DNA from: Obrimoposthia wandeli
Lineage: Eukaryota
Assembly: GCA_977020255.1 (NCBI GenBank)
Contig: CDROCS010000546.1
Location: 62,001-126,000, forward strand
DNA: 64,000 nucleotides
Reading direction: 5' to 3'
Both the position numbers and the translations under genes were made by a program. This document shows positions 19,863 to 29,844 of this stretch, piece by piece. The notes below the pieces were generated by a model, which worked only from the letters and a program-made list of their open reading frames with translations, did no database searches and was not told where the DNA came from. How positions within the stretch are numbered: position 1 is the stretch's first letter; each line of letters begins with the position of its first letter.

Positions 19863-21071
19863 TTACTCCTGATGAAATTGATAGCTCTGAGCGAGCAATG
19901 TATGTTTGAACAGTGGCAAACTGGCACTGCCTATTAATCTCGGATCGTCAGTCAAGCTGGCGCTTTCTACTTGTGCAAGTACAATACCCGGAAGTGATAA
20001 CTGTTGGAGCTGGATATTAACCGCCGTTACTAATTGTGTGCGAACAGCTGCTGGAAATGCGCCATCTAAAATAAAACACTCGAAATCGATAACACTACAG
20101 CTCGCGGCGATAGCGCGTGCCAAATAAGGCGCGGCACCGTCTATCCAAACATCAATCCACCTAGCGTGAGGCTGCCAATTATCCTGCCCCTGCCAGAGGA
20201 AGCTTGTATCTTGACCAGCGTCTTCTAACTGCTGAGCGAGTTGTGCAATCGAGGCGTGATCAATTAATTGCGTCATATTTCCCTGATGGTCAATCATCGG
20301 CATTGATCCAAAGGCCGCTGCATTCCCGTTAATCCCAGTACAGACAGTGCGATTAAACACTAGACCACCGCCAATAAAGTAGCCCACATACAAATAACCA
20401 AAATTAGCTCGATCCCCTACTCCACCAAACACAAATTCAGCAGCGCACGCCGTGGTGACATCGTTATCGACAGTAATTTCTAAATCACAAATCCCCTCTA
20501 ACTCACGTTTGATACTAACTGTTTGCCAAGCATCAATGTCACTGCAACTCGCCCCCATTTTCTCTGCCCATTGCCATAATTGAAAAGGCATAGCGACGCC
20601 TAACCCAATGACTCGCTCACGCTGCGAAGTACTCAATGAAGTGAGTATTAAAGGTAAGTGTTGCTCGACAAAATTGACTACGCAATCGGGCGTTGGGTAA
20701 CGGTAGCTCAAAGCAATTTGAGTGCGTAACGTTCCGCTAAAATCCATCAAAGCAAGTTCTACACTTCGGCGACCTATTTTCAATCCTAGGCTAAAAACGC
20801 CCTCTGGGTTTATCGCCAAAGGAATAGATGGCTGGCCTATTTGGCCCTTTTTCGCCGCGTGGCGAATAAGCAGGCCCCGTCGCTCCAAATCGCGAATGAT
20901 AACGCTCATTGACTGAGAGGTTAAGCCAGTTAATTCGGCCAATTGCACTTTTGTCAGAGCAACATGGTGCCGAATGGTACTCAGCAGTAATCGCTCGTTA
21001 TGTAACCGCACACTAGACTGGTTGGCACCGGCTGAGGAGGTTGTTCGCTGACGTAAACTAGATTGTGTCAC
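19863..21071 (-). CDS. ROK family transcriptional regulator
   Basis: N-terminal HTH (LTKVQLAELTGLTSQSMS), GQPS, SLGLKIGRR, DNDVTTAC and GGGL. GTG start; ends 2 bp before codA. Confidence 0.87.
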   Translation of the reverse strand: MTQSSLRQRTTSSAGANQSSVRLHNERLLLSTIRHHVALTKVQLAELTGLTSQSMSVIIRDLERRGLLIRHAAKKGQIGQPSIPLAINPEGVFSLGLKIGRRSVELALMDFSGTLRTQIALSYRYPTPDCVVNFVEQHLPLILTSLSTSQRERVIGLGVAMPFQLWQWAEKMGASCSDIDAWQTVSIKRELEGICDLEITVDNDVTTACAAEFVFGGVGDRANFGYLYVGYFIGGGLVFNRTVCTGINGNAAAFGSMPMIDHQGNMTQLIDHASIAQLAQQLEDAGQDTSFLWQGQDNWQPHARWIDVWIDGAAPYLARAIAASCSVIDFECFILDGAFPAAVRTQLVTAVNIQLQQLSLPGIVLAQVESASLTDDPRLIGSASLPLFKHTLLAQSYQFHQE

Positions 21072-21323
21072 TGTGAAGTCCTAGTTTTTAAACTGCATAA
21101 TATCACGGCTAATGCGCTAGCAAACAGCTTCTTTCAATCGATTTATTCGGCGTGTCGGATCTGTAAATTTAGCCGTTTTATTAAGCCGTTCTATAGTAAT
21201 CGATAACAATACATAGCAGCCCTTTAACTCAGTAGCTAGAAGGCCTGCCAGGATAAGTAGCAGCAATGATTTTATAAACGCCCTCGCATCAAAGTAGTTT
21301 ACTGCCACCACATTAAAAAGACG

Positions 21324-22295
21324 TTAATCGATTAATTCTATAGTGGATTGGCGTCTTCTATCGACAATTAATTTGGTCACATCTGGTCTAGAATAATGAC
21401 CAACAGGGTCGAAGTTTTGTCGCTCCTCTCTCACTCGTGCGTGATCAATTATCGCGGTAAACAACCCCTCTTCTGAGCCCTGAGGTTCAATAATCCACTC
21501 ACCATCAGGCCCTGCCAAACAAGAACCGCCACCAGCCAGTAAGGTCTGGCCTTTCAGTCCATTGAGAATCGCCTCTAAATGTGGCGTATCGGATGGAAAG
21601 TCACTCACGCGCATCAAGCCGCTGACTGCCATGGAGAAAGAGCGGCCTTCTTTAGCGATAAATTTAGTAATATCAAATGTATTCTGCTTACCACCGGGCC
21701 AGATAGAAACATGCAGGTCCTCTCCCAAGCCGTAGAGTGCCGCACGCGGTAGCGGCATCCAGTTCTCCCAGCAATTTAAGCCACCGACCGTAAATGACCC
21801 AAGAGAATGCGTTTGTAAACCGTGGCCATCACCTGGCGCCCAAGTTAAACGTTCTTCGTAGGTCGGCATCAATTTACGATGTACTGATTGAATCACTCCC
21901 TGTTGATCGATATAGACCATCGAGCAGTATAAGCTATGACCGCCGCGATTCGCCGCACGCTCTATAATGCCTAAGTACAGCGCACAATTAGCCGCTTTAG
22001 CAGCAATACACACCGATTCTAAGTGTCCAGCTTCAACCTGTACCGCCTGATCCATATAGTGAGCGTGCAGTTCCTTTTGATCCTGTGCGTTGAAGCGAGC
22101 TCCGTCAGTGAGGGAAACCCAAAAAGGGTAACCCGGCACAAGCGCTTCGCCAAAAGCCATCAGTTCCACTTGCTGTTTCGCTCCCTCTTCTAACTGTATA
22201 ACAACCTTAGCTAAGGTCGCTTCACGATCCAACCACACTGGGGCTATCTGCGCCAAGCCTATTTTAAGTTGCTGTTTTTCAGATGTATTACTCAC
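21324..22295 (-). CDS. Nitrilase (class 1)
   Basis: FGEALVPGYPFW, HRKLMPTYEER, catalytic NCWENW and DPVGHYSRPD. Confidence 0.9.
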   Translation of the reverse strand: MSNTSEKQQLKIGLAQIAPVWLDREATLAKVVIQLEEGAKQQVELMAFGEALVPGYPFWVSLTDGARFNAQDQKELHAHYMDQAVQVEAGHLESVCIAAKAANCALYLGIIERAANRGGHSLYCSMVYIDQQGVIQSVHRKLMPTYEERLTWAPGDGHGLQTHSLGSFTVGGLNCWENWMPLPRAALYGLGEDLHVSIWPGGKQNTFDITKFIAKEGRSFSMAVSGLMRVSDFPSDTPHLEAILNGLKGQTLLAGGGSCLAGPDGEWIIEPQGSEEGLFTAIIDHARVREERQNFDPVGHYSRPDVTKLIVDRRRQSTIELID

Positions 22296-22533
22296 TTGAA
22301 AGCTCCTTTACTAACCGATCATTTAGAATTTAAAATCATAGTCTAATTTATGACCAACAATGTCAATATTCACCACCTAGTGATCTACTGTTAATCATTT
22401 TCCCCAACGTGGCTGTCAAGTTTAGTCATGATCATCGATATTCCTCAAAGACAAATCAGCACCGCTTCCATCTGAAAGACACAAAGATCTCAATCAATAG
22501 AGGGACAGATAATTGACTGCATTTCAATTTATA

Positions 22534-22547
22534 TTGACAGACATCAA
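22534..22547. promoter_or_regulatory. FNR/Anr box TTGAC-AGAC-ATCAA
   Basis: One mismatch to TTGAT-N4-ATCAA, upstream of a cytochrome bd operon. Confidence 0.6.
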
Positions 22548-22561
22548 CTACAGTTTTAAAC

Positions 22562-22579
22562 TTTCAGAAATTACTGAAA
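22562..22579. promoter_or_regulatory. Candidate GbsR-family operator TTTCAG-AAATTA-CTGAAA
   Basis: Perfect 6-bp inverted repeat 18 bp upstream of the GbsR-family gene. Confidence 0.6.
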
Positions 22580-22596
22580 ATTAAGAACACTAAATT

Positions 22597-23166
22597 ATGC
22601 AAATGTCAGAAAAGGTAGAAGCTTTTGTTTACCACTTCGGTGAGATGGGCAGCAAGTGGGGATTTAATCGCACTGTTGGCCAAATGTACGCTCTACTTGT
22701 GGTCAGCGACAAGCCGCTCAATGCACACCACATAGCCACCGCCTTGAGTGTTTCGCGCGGTAACGTCAGCATGGGGCTCAAAGAATTACTGTCTTGGCAG
22801 TTAATCAACTTGAGTCATATTCCCGGAGATCGCAAGGAATACTACAGCCCCAAAGGTACTATTTGGGACATGGCCAATCGCGTTTTCGAGGAGCGCCGCA
22901 AGAGAGAAATGGATCCCACCCTCTCACTACTGCGCAACCTACAATTGGATAATCCTGAAAATGAAGCCGATGCTTACGCCCAAGATAAAATGCGCGAGAT
23001 TCACGATTTGCTCGAGACCGTCACTCAGTGGTCAGCAGAGCTACAGCGCCTAGATCCCGACAAACTTAATACACTGATGAAGCTCGGTGCCGGTGTCAGT
23101 AAAGTACTGACTCTTAAAGATCAGTTAATCAAACCTCTAAAACGCTCAAAAAACGAAGTTCATTGA
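22597..23166 (+). CDS. GbsR/MarR family transcriptional regulator
   Basis: HFGEMGSKWGFNRTVGQMYALL, VSRGNVSMGLKEL and GDRKEYY. First gene of the cyd operon. Confidence 0.88.
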   Translation: MQMSEKVEAFVYHFGEMGSKWGFNRTVGQMYALLVVSDKPLNAHHIATALSVSRGNVSMGLKELLSWQLINLSHIPGDRKEYYSPKGTIWDMANRVFEERRKREMDPTLSLLRNLQLDNPENEADAYAQDKMREIHDLLETVTQWSAELQRLDPDKLNTLMKLGAGVSKVLTLKDQLIKPLKRSKNEVH

Positions 23167-23202
23167 TTTCATTCACCTTTAGATGACTAAACGGACACCA
23201 CT

Positions 23203-24786
23203 ATGATAGATGAAACACTGGTCGATTTATCGCGCTGGCAGTTTGCACTGACCGCACTTTACCATTTCCTTTTTGTGCCGTTGACTATAGGTATGACCTG
23301 GATTCTCTTTATCATGGAAGCTGTTTATGTCATGACAGGGCGGGCAATCTACCGTGATATGGTGAAATTTTGGGGTAAGCTTTTTGGTATTAACTTTGCC
23401 TTAGGTGTCACCACAGGTCTGACCATGGAGTTTGAGTTTGGTACCAACTGGTCTTATTACTCACAATATGTCGGCGATGTTTTTGGCGCCCCCTTAGCGA
23501 TAGAAGGTTTGATGGCCTTTTTTCTCGAATCCACCTTAGTCGGCATGTTCTTTCTCAGTTGGGATCGTCTTACCAAGCGTCAACACTTGGCAGTGACCTT
23601 TTTCATGGCCATAGGAACTAACCTCTCTGCGCTATGGATTTTAGTTGCCAATGCCTGGATGCAAAACCCGGTAGGAGCGGAATTTAACTTCGAGACAATG
23701 CGCATGGAAATGACCAGCTTCAGCGAAATGCTGTTTAATCCTGTCGCTCAAGTAAAGTTTATTCACACCGTATCCGCAGGCTACGTCGCTGGGTCGATGT
23801 TTGTACTGGGAATCAGCAGCTACTATTTACTTAAAGGACGTGACATCGCTTTTGCCAAACGCTCTTTTTCAGTGGCCGCCGCTTTTGGCTTGGCTTCTAT
23901 TATGTGTGTCATCCTTTTAGGGGACGAATCTGGTTACGAAGTTGGCGACGTGCAAAAGGTCAAGCTCGCCGCTATCGAGGCCGAATGGGAAACAGAGCCT
24001 GCGCCCGCTGCATTTACGCTTATTGGTATCCCCAACTCTGAGACCCACACCACGGATTACGCGATTAAGATCCCCTATGCGCTCGGTATTATTGCCACCC
24101 GTTCACTCGATGGCCAAGTAACGGGTATCGCTGATTTGGAGAAAGAGCACGAGGTGAAAATTCGTCGCGGCATGATCGCTTATGACTACTTGATCAAATT
24201 GCGCAATGGTGAAAAAACCACCTTTAATCTATCAGCTTTTGAAGAATACGGTGATGATTTAGGCTACGGCTTGTTGCTAAAGCGCTATACCGCAGATGTC
24301 ATTGACGCCACTGAAGAGCAAATTCAAATGGCTGTAAAAGATTCTATTCCCCCTGTTGCACCGCTATTTTTCAGCTTTCGTATCATGGTCGGCTGCGGCG
24401 TCGCCATGCTACTAATTTTTGGACTTTCTTTTTACTACAATGCCAGACGACAAATAGAGAATAAAAAGTGGTTACTACGTGCCGCTCTCTACGGTATGCC
24501 ACTACCGTGGATCGCTATTGAAACAGGCTGGTTCGTCGCCGAATTTGGCCGTCAACCTTGGGCAATCAGTGAAGTGTTACCCACTTTTCTAGCCACCTCT
24601 AGCTTAGATGCCAGTGATGTCATGATCAGTATGGCTGGATTTATCATTTTCTATTCCGTGCTGGCTGTTATCGAATTTTGGTTAATGTTTAAGTTTGCCC
24701 GTCTAGGCCCCAGTAGTTTACATACTGGAAAATACCACTTCGAACAGCAAAGCCAAGCCAGCAGTGGCATGCACAGCAGTATTTAG
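23203..24786 (+). CDS. cydA: Cytochrome bd ubiquinol oxidase subunit I
   Basis: SRWQFALTALYHFLFVP, FEFGTNW, QKVKLAAIEAEW (long Q-loop) and EFGRQPW. Confidence 0.97.
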   Translation: MIDETLVDLSRWQFALTALYHFLFVPLTIGMTWILFIMEAVYVMTGRAIYRDMVKFWGKLFGINFALGVTTGLTMEFEFGTNWSYYSQYVGDVFGAPLAIEGLMAFFLESTLVGMFFLSWDRLTKRQHLAVTFFMAIGTNLSALWILVANAWMQNPVGAEFNFETMRMEMTSFSEMLFNPVAQVKFIHTVSAGYVAGSMFVLGISSYYLLKGRDIAFAKRSFSVAAAFGLASIMCVILLGDESGYEVGDVQKVKLAAIEAEWETEPAPAAFTLIGIPNSETHTTDYAIKIPYALGIIATRSLDGQVTGIADLEKEHEVKIRRGMIAYDYLIKLRNGEKTTFNLSAFEEYGDDLGYGLLLKRYTADVIDATEEQIQMAVKDSIPPVAPLFFSFRIMVGCGVAMLLIFGLSFYYNARRQIENKKWLLRAALYGMPLPWIAIETGWFVAEFGRQPWAISEVLPTFLATSSLDASDVMISMAGFIIFYSVLAVIEFWLMFKFARLGPSSLHTGKYHFEQQSQASSGMHSSI

Positions 24787-24797
24787 AGGATTAGATT

Positions 24798-25094
24798 ATG
24801 TTTGATTATGAAACACTGAAACTACTCTGGTGGGCTATTATTGGTTTCGTGCTGATCGGTTTTATGATCACCGACGGGATGGATATGGGTGTCGGTACGC
24901 TGTTGCCCTTTATTGCCAAAACTGACGATGAACGCCGAGTCGTTATCAACACAATTGATGACGCCCATTGGGATGGTAATCCACAAAGAGACGACATGTT
25001 TATGATCAGTGCTCTATATCTGCGTGTTTTACACAAGCTAACTCAGCTATTTAACAACTTTTCACCTTCCTCTAGAGGACAGCGTTATGTTTGA
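24798..25094 (+). pseudogene. Truncated duplicate of the cydB 5' end (about 61 codons) plus an unrelated tail
   Basis: 24798-24980 matches 25087-25266 apart from six synonymous changes and one G-to-DD change, then diverges after WDGN. The ORF reads on to TGA 25094. Confidence 0.85.
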
Positions 25095-25266
25095 TTACGA
25101 AACACTGAAGCTACTCTGGTGGGCTATTATTGGTTTCGTGCTGATCGGATTTATGATCACCGACGGGATGGATATGGGTGTCGGTACGCTGTTGCCCTTT
25201 ATTGCCAAAACTGACGATGAACGCCGAGTCGTTATCAACACTATCGGTGCCCATTGGGATGGGAAT
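24798..25266 (+). repeat. Direct repeat, about 180 bp x 2 (24798-24980 and 25087-25266)
   Basis: Aligned by eye. Each copy is preceded by TAGAGGA. Confidence 0.92.
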
Positions 25267-26223
25267 CAAGTGTGGTTTATTACCTTTGGTGCCTCTTTAT
25301 TTGCCGCTTGGCCCAGAGTATACGCCACCGCATTCTCCAGTTTTTACTTTGCGATGATGCTGGTGCTGTTTGCTTTATTCTTGCGCCCGGTAGGTTTTGA
25401 TTATCGCAGTAAGATAGACAACCCTAAGTGGCGCAACAATTGGGATTGGGCTATTTTTGTCGGTAGCAGCGTGCCGCCTATCGTCTTTGGAGTCGCTATT
25501 GGCAACTTATTTCTAGGTGCTCCTTTTTCTTTCGACAACCTATTGCGGGTGACCTACACGGGCTCATTCTTCGATTTATTTCATCCCTTCGCCTTAATTT
25601 GCGGCGTGCTGAGCTTAGCCATGGTGATCTTTCACGGCGCCCTGTGGTTACAGCTGCGGGCCGATAAGATCATATCGCAACGTGCCTATCCCATTATAAT
25701 CACCAGCGGATTAGCCTTACTTATCAGCTTTAGTGCAGCTGGCGTCTATTTGACCCAAATAGATGGCTACATTTTACTAGAGATAACAGACCTCAACGCG
25801 CAACCAGATTTGCTCAATAAAACGGTCAGCATGCAACAAGGCGGCTGGTTTGCCAATTATGTGCGCTACCCCTTAATCGGACTGCTACCTCTAAGCGCTA
25901 TTGCCTTTACTCTATTGGCCATGTGGTTTACCAAAATACAGCGTCAGGCGTTGGCCCTACTGTGCAGCTGTTTCATGCTGGCATTGATCATCGCTACCGC
26001 TGGCACAGCGCTATTCCCTTTCATTCTGCCCTCTAGCTCAGATTTAAGCAGCAGCTTAACCATCTGGGATGCAGTTTCCAGTGAAATGACACTCAATATT
26101 ATGTTGGTGGTAGTCGGGGTTTTACTGCCTATCGTGATGAGCTACACCTTATGGTGTTATATCAAAATGTGGCGTCGCGTGACGTTAGAAGAAATAGCTG
26201 ACAATCAACACAGCGCTTACTAG
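25087..26223 (+). CDS. cydB: Cytochrome bd ubiquinol oxidase subunit II
   Basis: [34 protein letters not shown] and YTLWCY. Confidence 0.97.
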   Translation: MFDYETLKLLWWAIIGFVLIGFMITDGMDMGVGTLLPFIAKTDDERRVVINTIGAHWDGNQVWFITFGASLFAAWPRVYATAFSSFYFAMMLVLFALFLRPVGFDYRSKIDNPKWRNNWDWAIFVGSSVPPIVFGVAIGNLFLGAPFSFDNLLRVTYTGSFFDLFHPFALICGVLSLAMVIFHGALWLQLRADKIISQRAYPIIITSGLALLISFSAAGVYLTQIDGYILLEITDLNAQPDLLNKTVSMQQGGWFANYVRYPLIGLLPLSAIAFTLLAMWFTKIQRQALALLCSCFMLALIIATAGTALFPFILPSSSDLSSSLTIWDAVSSEMTLNIMLVVVGVLLPIVMSYTLWCYIKMWRRVTLEEIADNQHSAY

Positions 26224-26232
26224 GAGAAGAAC

Positions 26233-26385
26233 ATGTGGTATTTTGCTTGGATTTTAGGGGTGTTACTCGCTTGTGCTTTTGGCATCATCAATGTGATGTG
26301 GTATGAAATGGAGCAGCACCAAAACAGCATTGCAGATGATGAACAGCCAAGAAGTAATAGCGATGAGCCCAGCGGTCAACGTTAA
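26233..26385 (+). CDS. cydX: Cytochrome bd oxidase small subunit X (50 aa; missing from the ORF track)
   Basis: GGAG RBS. Translates as MWYFAWILGVLLACAFGIINVMWYE followed by an acidic tail. Confidence 0.95.
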   Translation: MWYFAWILGVLLACAFGIINVMWYEMEQHQNSIADDEQPRSNSDEPSGQR

Positions 26386-28131
26386 ATGCAAAATTCAAAA
26401 CAGGCGTTATTAGAAGCCAAACAGTGGCTCAAATCACAACGTGGTTTAAGCCGAGGAAAACTGTCGTTAGGCACTGCGTGTAGCGCTTTTTCTGGCATTG
26501 TATTGATCGCCCAAGCGGCACTTCTCGCTCATTTGGTGGATCAACTAGTGTTTGCTGGAGTACTTTGGCGATCCCTTGTGGTTGAACTCGTTTGCCTGCT
26601 CGCCATTATGCTCTGCAGAGTCGCACTTAATCGTGCGGCAGAGCACTACGCCTTTTCAGGCGCCTGTGAAATAAAATTAGCATTGCGCCAACAGTTGTAT
26701 CAAAAACTGACTGCGCTGGGCCCTCATTACTTAGCGGGACAGCGCAGTGCTGAACTCTCTCAATTGTTGCACCAAGGTGTAGAAGAATTAGAGCAGTATT
26801 ATGCGCGCTACCTACCAGCGGTTGCGTTGTGTGCAATTATCCCGCTGGCCATTTTAGCGGTCGCTCTACCGCTGGATTGGCTCAGTGGCTTGATCTTCTT
26901 AATCACCGCACCACTGGTGCCCATGTTTATGATTCTGATTGGCCTCAAAGCTGAGCAACTCAACCAACAACACTGGCAGCAGTTGAGTCGCATGGCCAAT
27001 CATTTTCTTGATGTATTACAGGGAATTGCGCAATTAAAATTATTTAATGCCAGCCGCGCTGAAGGCGAAGCCATCGCGCAAATTAGCGACCAATACCGTC
27101 GTAGTACGATGTCGGTACTCAAAGTGGCTTTTCTCAGTTCCCTCGCACTAGAGTTTCTCGCGACCCTCAGCGTCGCGTTAGTCGCTATCACAGTTGGTTT
27201 TAGGCTATTTTGGGGAGAGCTCGATTTCGCCACCGGTTTTACCCTTCTGTTACTCGCGCCTGAGTTCTATCTACCCTTTCGCAATCTTGGTGCGGTGTAC
27301 CACGATAAAATGAAAGGTGTCGCAGCCAGCGTGCAAATGTTACCCATTCTCTGTGCTAGCTCAGTGCACCAAGGCAACAACGATTTGGTTGTTAAGAACA
27401 ATCCACCGCATATTTCACTAAACAATATCAGCTTTAGTTACGACAGCGCCTCCACGCGCGCCAATGCGCTAAGTACGCTCTCATTAGAGATAACAGAGCC
27501 TGGGCTCTACGGAGTAGTGGGCCCAAGTGGCGCTGGCAAAAGCACACTGGCAGATTTACTTTTAGGTTTCATCCAGCCAACCACTGGAGATATCACCATC
27601 GATGGGCAACTGTTAAGTCAATTATCCCTTAGCAGCTGGCGAGATCAACTAGCATTTGTACCGCAAAACCCACAACTTATTTACGCTACGCTATTGGAAA
27701 ATATTCGTCTGGCTAAACCACAGGCAAGTGATGAAGAGGTATTGGGCGCTGCGAAGCTGGCGGGCGTCGATCAATTCGTAGATCAACTCGATAATGGGTG
27801 GCATCACCTAGTGCTAGAGCAGGGTCGTAGTATTTCCGGCGGTCAAAAGCAACGCATCGCACTGGCCCGTGCTTTTCTCAAACAAGCGGCAGTCCTTATT
27901 CTGGATGAACCTAGTGCACAGCTAGACGCCCACAGTGAGCTGTGGATATCTCAAGCGCTCGCGCAATATAGTCGTGAGCATTTAGTTATCGTCAATGCGC
28001 ATCGTTTACACACACTCACCCAAGCGCGATGTATTTTTGTCCTGCAAAATAGTGAATTAATTGATCAGGGAACGACCCAAGAGCTACTGGCTCGCTGTCC
28101 GCTATTTCGCCAACTCAGTGAAGGCAACTAA
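26386..28131 (+). CDS. cydD: Thiol-reductant ABC exporter CydD
   Basis: GVEELEQYYARYLP, LLLAPEFYLPFR, Walker A GPSGAGKS, SGGQKQR and LILDEP. Confidence 0.92.
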   Translation: MQNSKQALLEAKQWLKSQRGLSRGKLSLGTACSAFSGIVLIAQAALLAHLVDQLVFAGVLWRSLVVELVCLLAIMLCRVALNRAAEHYAFSGACEIKLALRQQLYQKLTALGPHYLAGQRSAELSQLLHQGVEELEQYYARYLPAVALCAIIPLAILAVALPLDWLSGLIFLITAPLVPMFMILIGLKAEQLNQQHWQQLSRMANHFLDVLQGIAQLKLFNASRAEGEAIAQISDQYRRSTMSVLKVAFLSSLALEFLATLSVALVAITVGFRLFWGELDFATGFTLLLLAPEFYLPFRNLGAVYHDKMKGVAASVQMLPILCASSVHQGNNDLVVKNNPPHISLNNISFSYDSASTRANALSTLSLEITEPGLYGVVGPSGAGKSTLADLLLGFIQPTTGDITIDGQLLSQLSLSSWRDQLAFVPQNPQLIYATLLENIRLAKPQASDEEVLGAAKLAGVDQFVDQLDNGWHHLVLEQGRSISGGQKQRIALARAFLKQAAVLILDEPSAQLDAHSELWISQALAQYSREHLVIVNAHRLHTLTQARCIFVLQNSELIDQGTTQELLARCPLFRQLSEGN

Positions 28132-28132
28132 T

Positions 28133-29809
28133 ATGAAACAAGCAAAGTTGCAATACAGCCAATCGCAACTCGTGCTGAAACTCCTTAAGTTGTGTTTACC
28201 ACACTGGCGCTGGCTTGCAGTCGGCATTCTCCTTGCGTTGATAACAGCACTGGCTAACATTGCATTACTGGCCGTCTCTGGTTGGTTCATCACCGCGATG
28301 GCCGCTGCTGGAATAGCTGCGGTACACATCAATTACTTTACTCCAGCAGGTACTATTCGCTTCCTTGCGATAGTGCGTACTGCCGGTCGCTATGGTGAAC
28401 GCTTAGTCACGCACAATGCAACACTATTGATGCTGTCCCAACTTCGCACTTGGTTTTACCTGCAGATAGAACCACTGGCGCCCGCTGTTTTACAGCAGTA
28501 TCGCAGCGCCGATTTGCTAGCGCGAATCAACAGCGATATCGAGCAATTAGATAACTTCTATCTACGGATATTACTGCCCTCAATTGTCGCGGTCATCGCC
28601 CTTCCCTGCGTCTATTTTGCTCTGGCTTATTATTTACCTCCTCTAGCGAACATCGTCTTGATCGCACTGCTGATCATCGCCTTAGCTATCCCGTATTGGA
28701 TCAATAGGCGTTCGAGCCGTTATGGCTCGCTTTTAACAGAACAGCAGCAAGTCTTAAGCACTGTCATATTAGAGGGAATTCAAGGCGCCCGGGAATTAGA
28801 AATATACGCGGCAACGACTGCTCAATGTGACAAAATACAACAGGCTAGCTCAGCGCTGGCCAGCAGTCAGTTACAGCTCAATAACATCAGCGCGAATGCC
28901 CAAGCGCTGAGTACTAGTATCGTCAATATCACACTGTGGCTATGCTTAATTACTCTGGGTCACTATTTCTTCAGCCAGCAAATTAGCGCTGAGCAACTAC
29001 CGATGTTATTACTGCTAAGCCTCGCTTCATTTGATCTTGTATTACCCCTTCCCATGGCTCTTCAACAATTGAGCATCACTTTAAGTGCGGCGCGCAGATT
29101 GTTTGAGCTGACCGATCAACAGCCCTTGCGCCCAGAGCCAACAAGTCAAAATATTGAGGCTCAAGAACTTCTGCCATTAGTTTTTCACGACCTCTCCTTT
29201 GCCTATCCCGCAAACTCGCATACGCTAGCGATTAGCCATTTTTGTGGGCAGATAAACCAAGGCGATAAAGTGGCTATTTGCGGCCCCAGCGGAGCTGGCA
29301 AGTCAACGATAGTGCAACTGCTACAAGGCTTTTACGCGGCGCCTACACAGGCGATCACCCTCGCTGCTACTGACATTAATAGCTTCAGTGGCCATCATTT
29401 ACGCGCTAATTTATCGCTGGTCTCCCAGAGTAGTTATCTGTTTAGTGCGACCATTCGCGATAATCTACTCCTAGCGGCACCTAACGCCAGTGAGCAGCAA
29501 CTACAGCATGCTTGCGATTTAGCCGCGGCGAGTGAGTTTATCGCTCAACTTCCTATGGGATTAGACACTTGGCTCAGTGAAGGAGGTGGGGGTTTATCCG
29601 GCGGGCAAGCGAGGCGTATTCAAATAGCACAAGCACTGCTTAAAGATGCGCCAATTCTCATTTTAGATGAGCCGACTGAGGGACTAGACAGTATTAGCGA
29701 GCACCTGGTGATCAACAGCTTATGGCAGTTAATGGCTGATAAAACCGTAATTTTGATCAGCCACAATCGGCAACTACTTAAGTACGCTGACAAAATCTTT
29801 CAGGTGTAG
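28133..29809 (+). CDS. cydC: Thiol-reductant ABC exporter CydC
   Basis: SGWFITAM, IRFLAIVRTAGRYGERLVTH, GPSGAGKS, LSGGQARR and LDEPTEGLD. ATG 28133 lies just after the cydD stop. Confidence 0.92.
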   Translation: MKQAKLQYSQSQLVLKLLKLCLPHWRWLAVGILLALITALANIALLAVSGWFITAMAAAGIAAVHINYFTPAGTIRFLAIVRTAGRYGERLVTHNATLLMLSQLRTWFYLQIEPLAPAVLQQYRSADLLARINSDIEQLDNFYLRILLPSIVAVIALPCVYFALAYYLPPLANIVLIALLIIALAIPYWINRRSSRYGSLLTEQQQVLSTVILEGIQGARELEIYAATTAQCDKIQQASSALASSQLQLNNISANAQALSTSIVNITLWLCLITLGHYFFSQQISAEQLPMLLLLSLASFDLVLPLPMALQQLSITLSAARRLFELTDQQPLRPEPTSQNIEAQELLPLVFHDLSFAYPANSHTLAISHFCGQINQGDKVAICGPSGAGKSTIVQLLQGFYAAPTQAITLAATDINSFSGHHLRANLSLVSQSSYLFSATIRDNLLLAAPNASEQQLQHACDLAAASEFIAQLPMGLDTWLSEGGGGLSGGQARRIQIAQALLKDAPILILDEPTEGLDSISEHLVINSLWQLMADKTVILISHNRQLLKYADKIFQV

Positions 29810-29844
29810 CTTGGAGTTTGTCGACTGACCACTAACCTGGCGCG

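Noticed and set aside
21117-21311. 64-aa minus-strand ORF between ROK and nitrilase
   Set aside because: No RBS or family signal. It probably covers the terminator/promoter region.
24798-25266. cydB repeat as a simple assembly artefact
   Set aside because: The copies differ at several synonymous sites and have a distinct spacer. Kept as a real feature pending read support.
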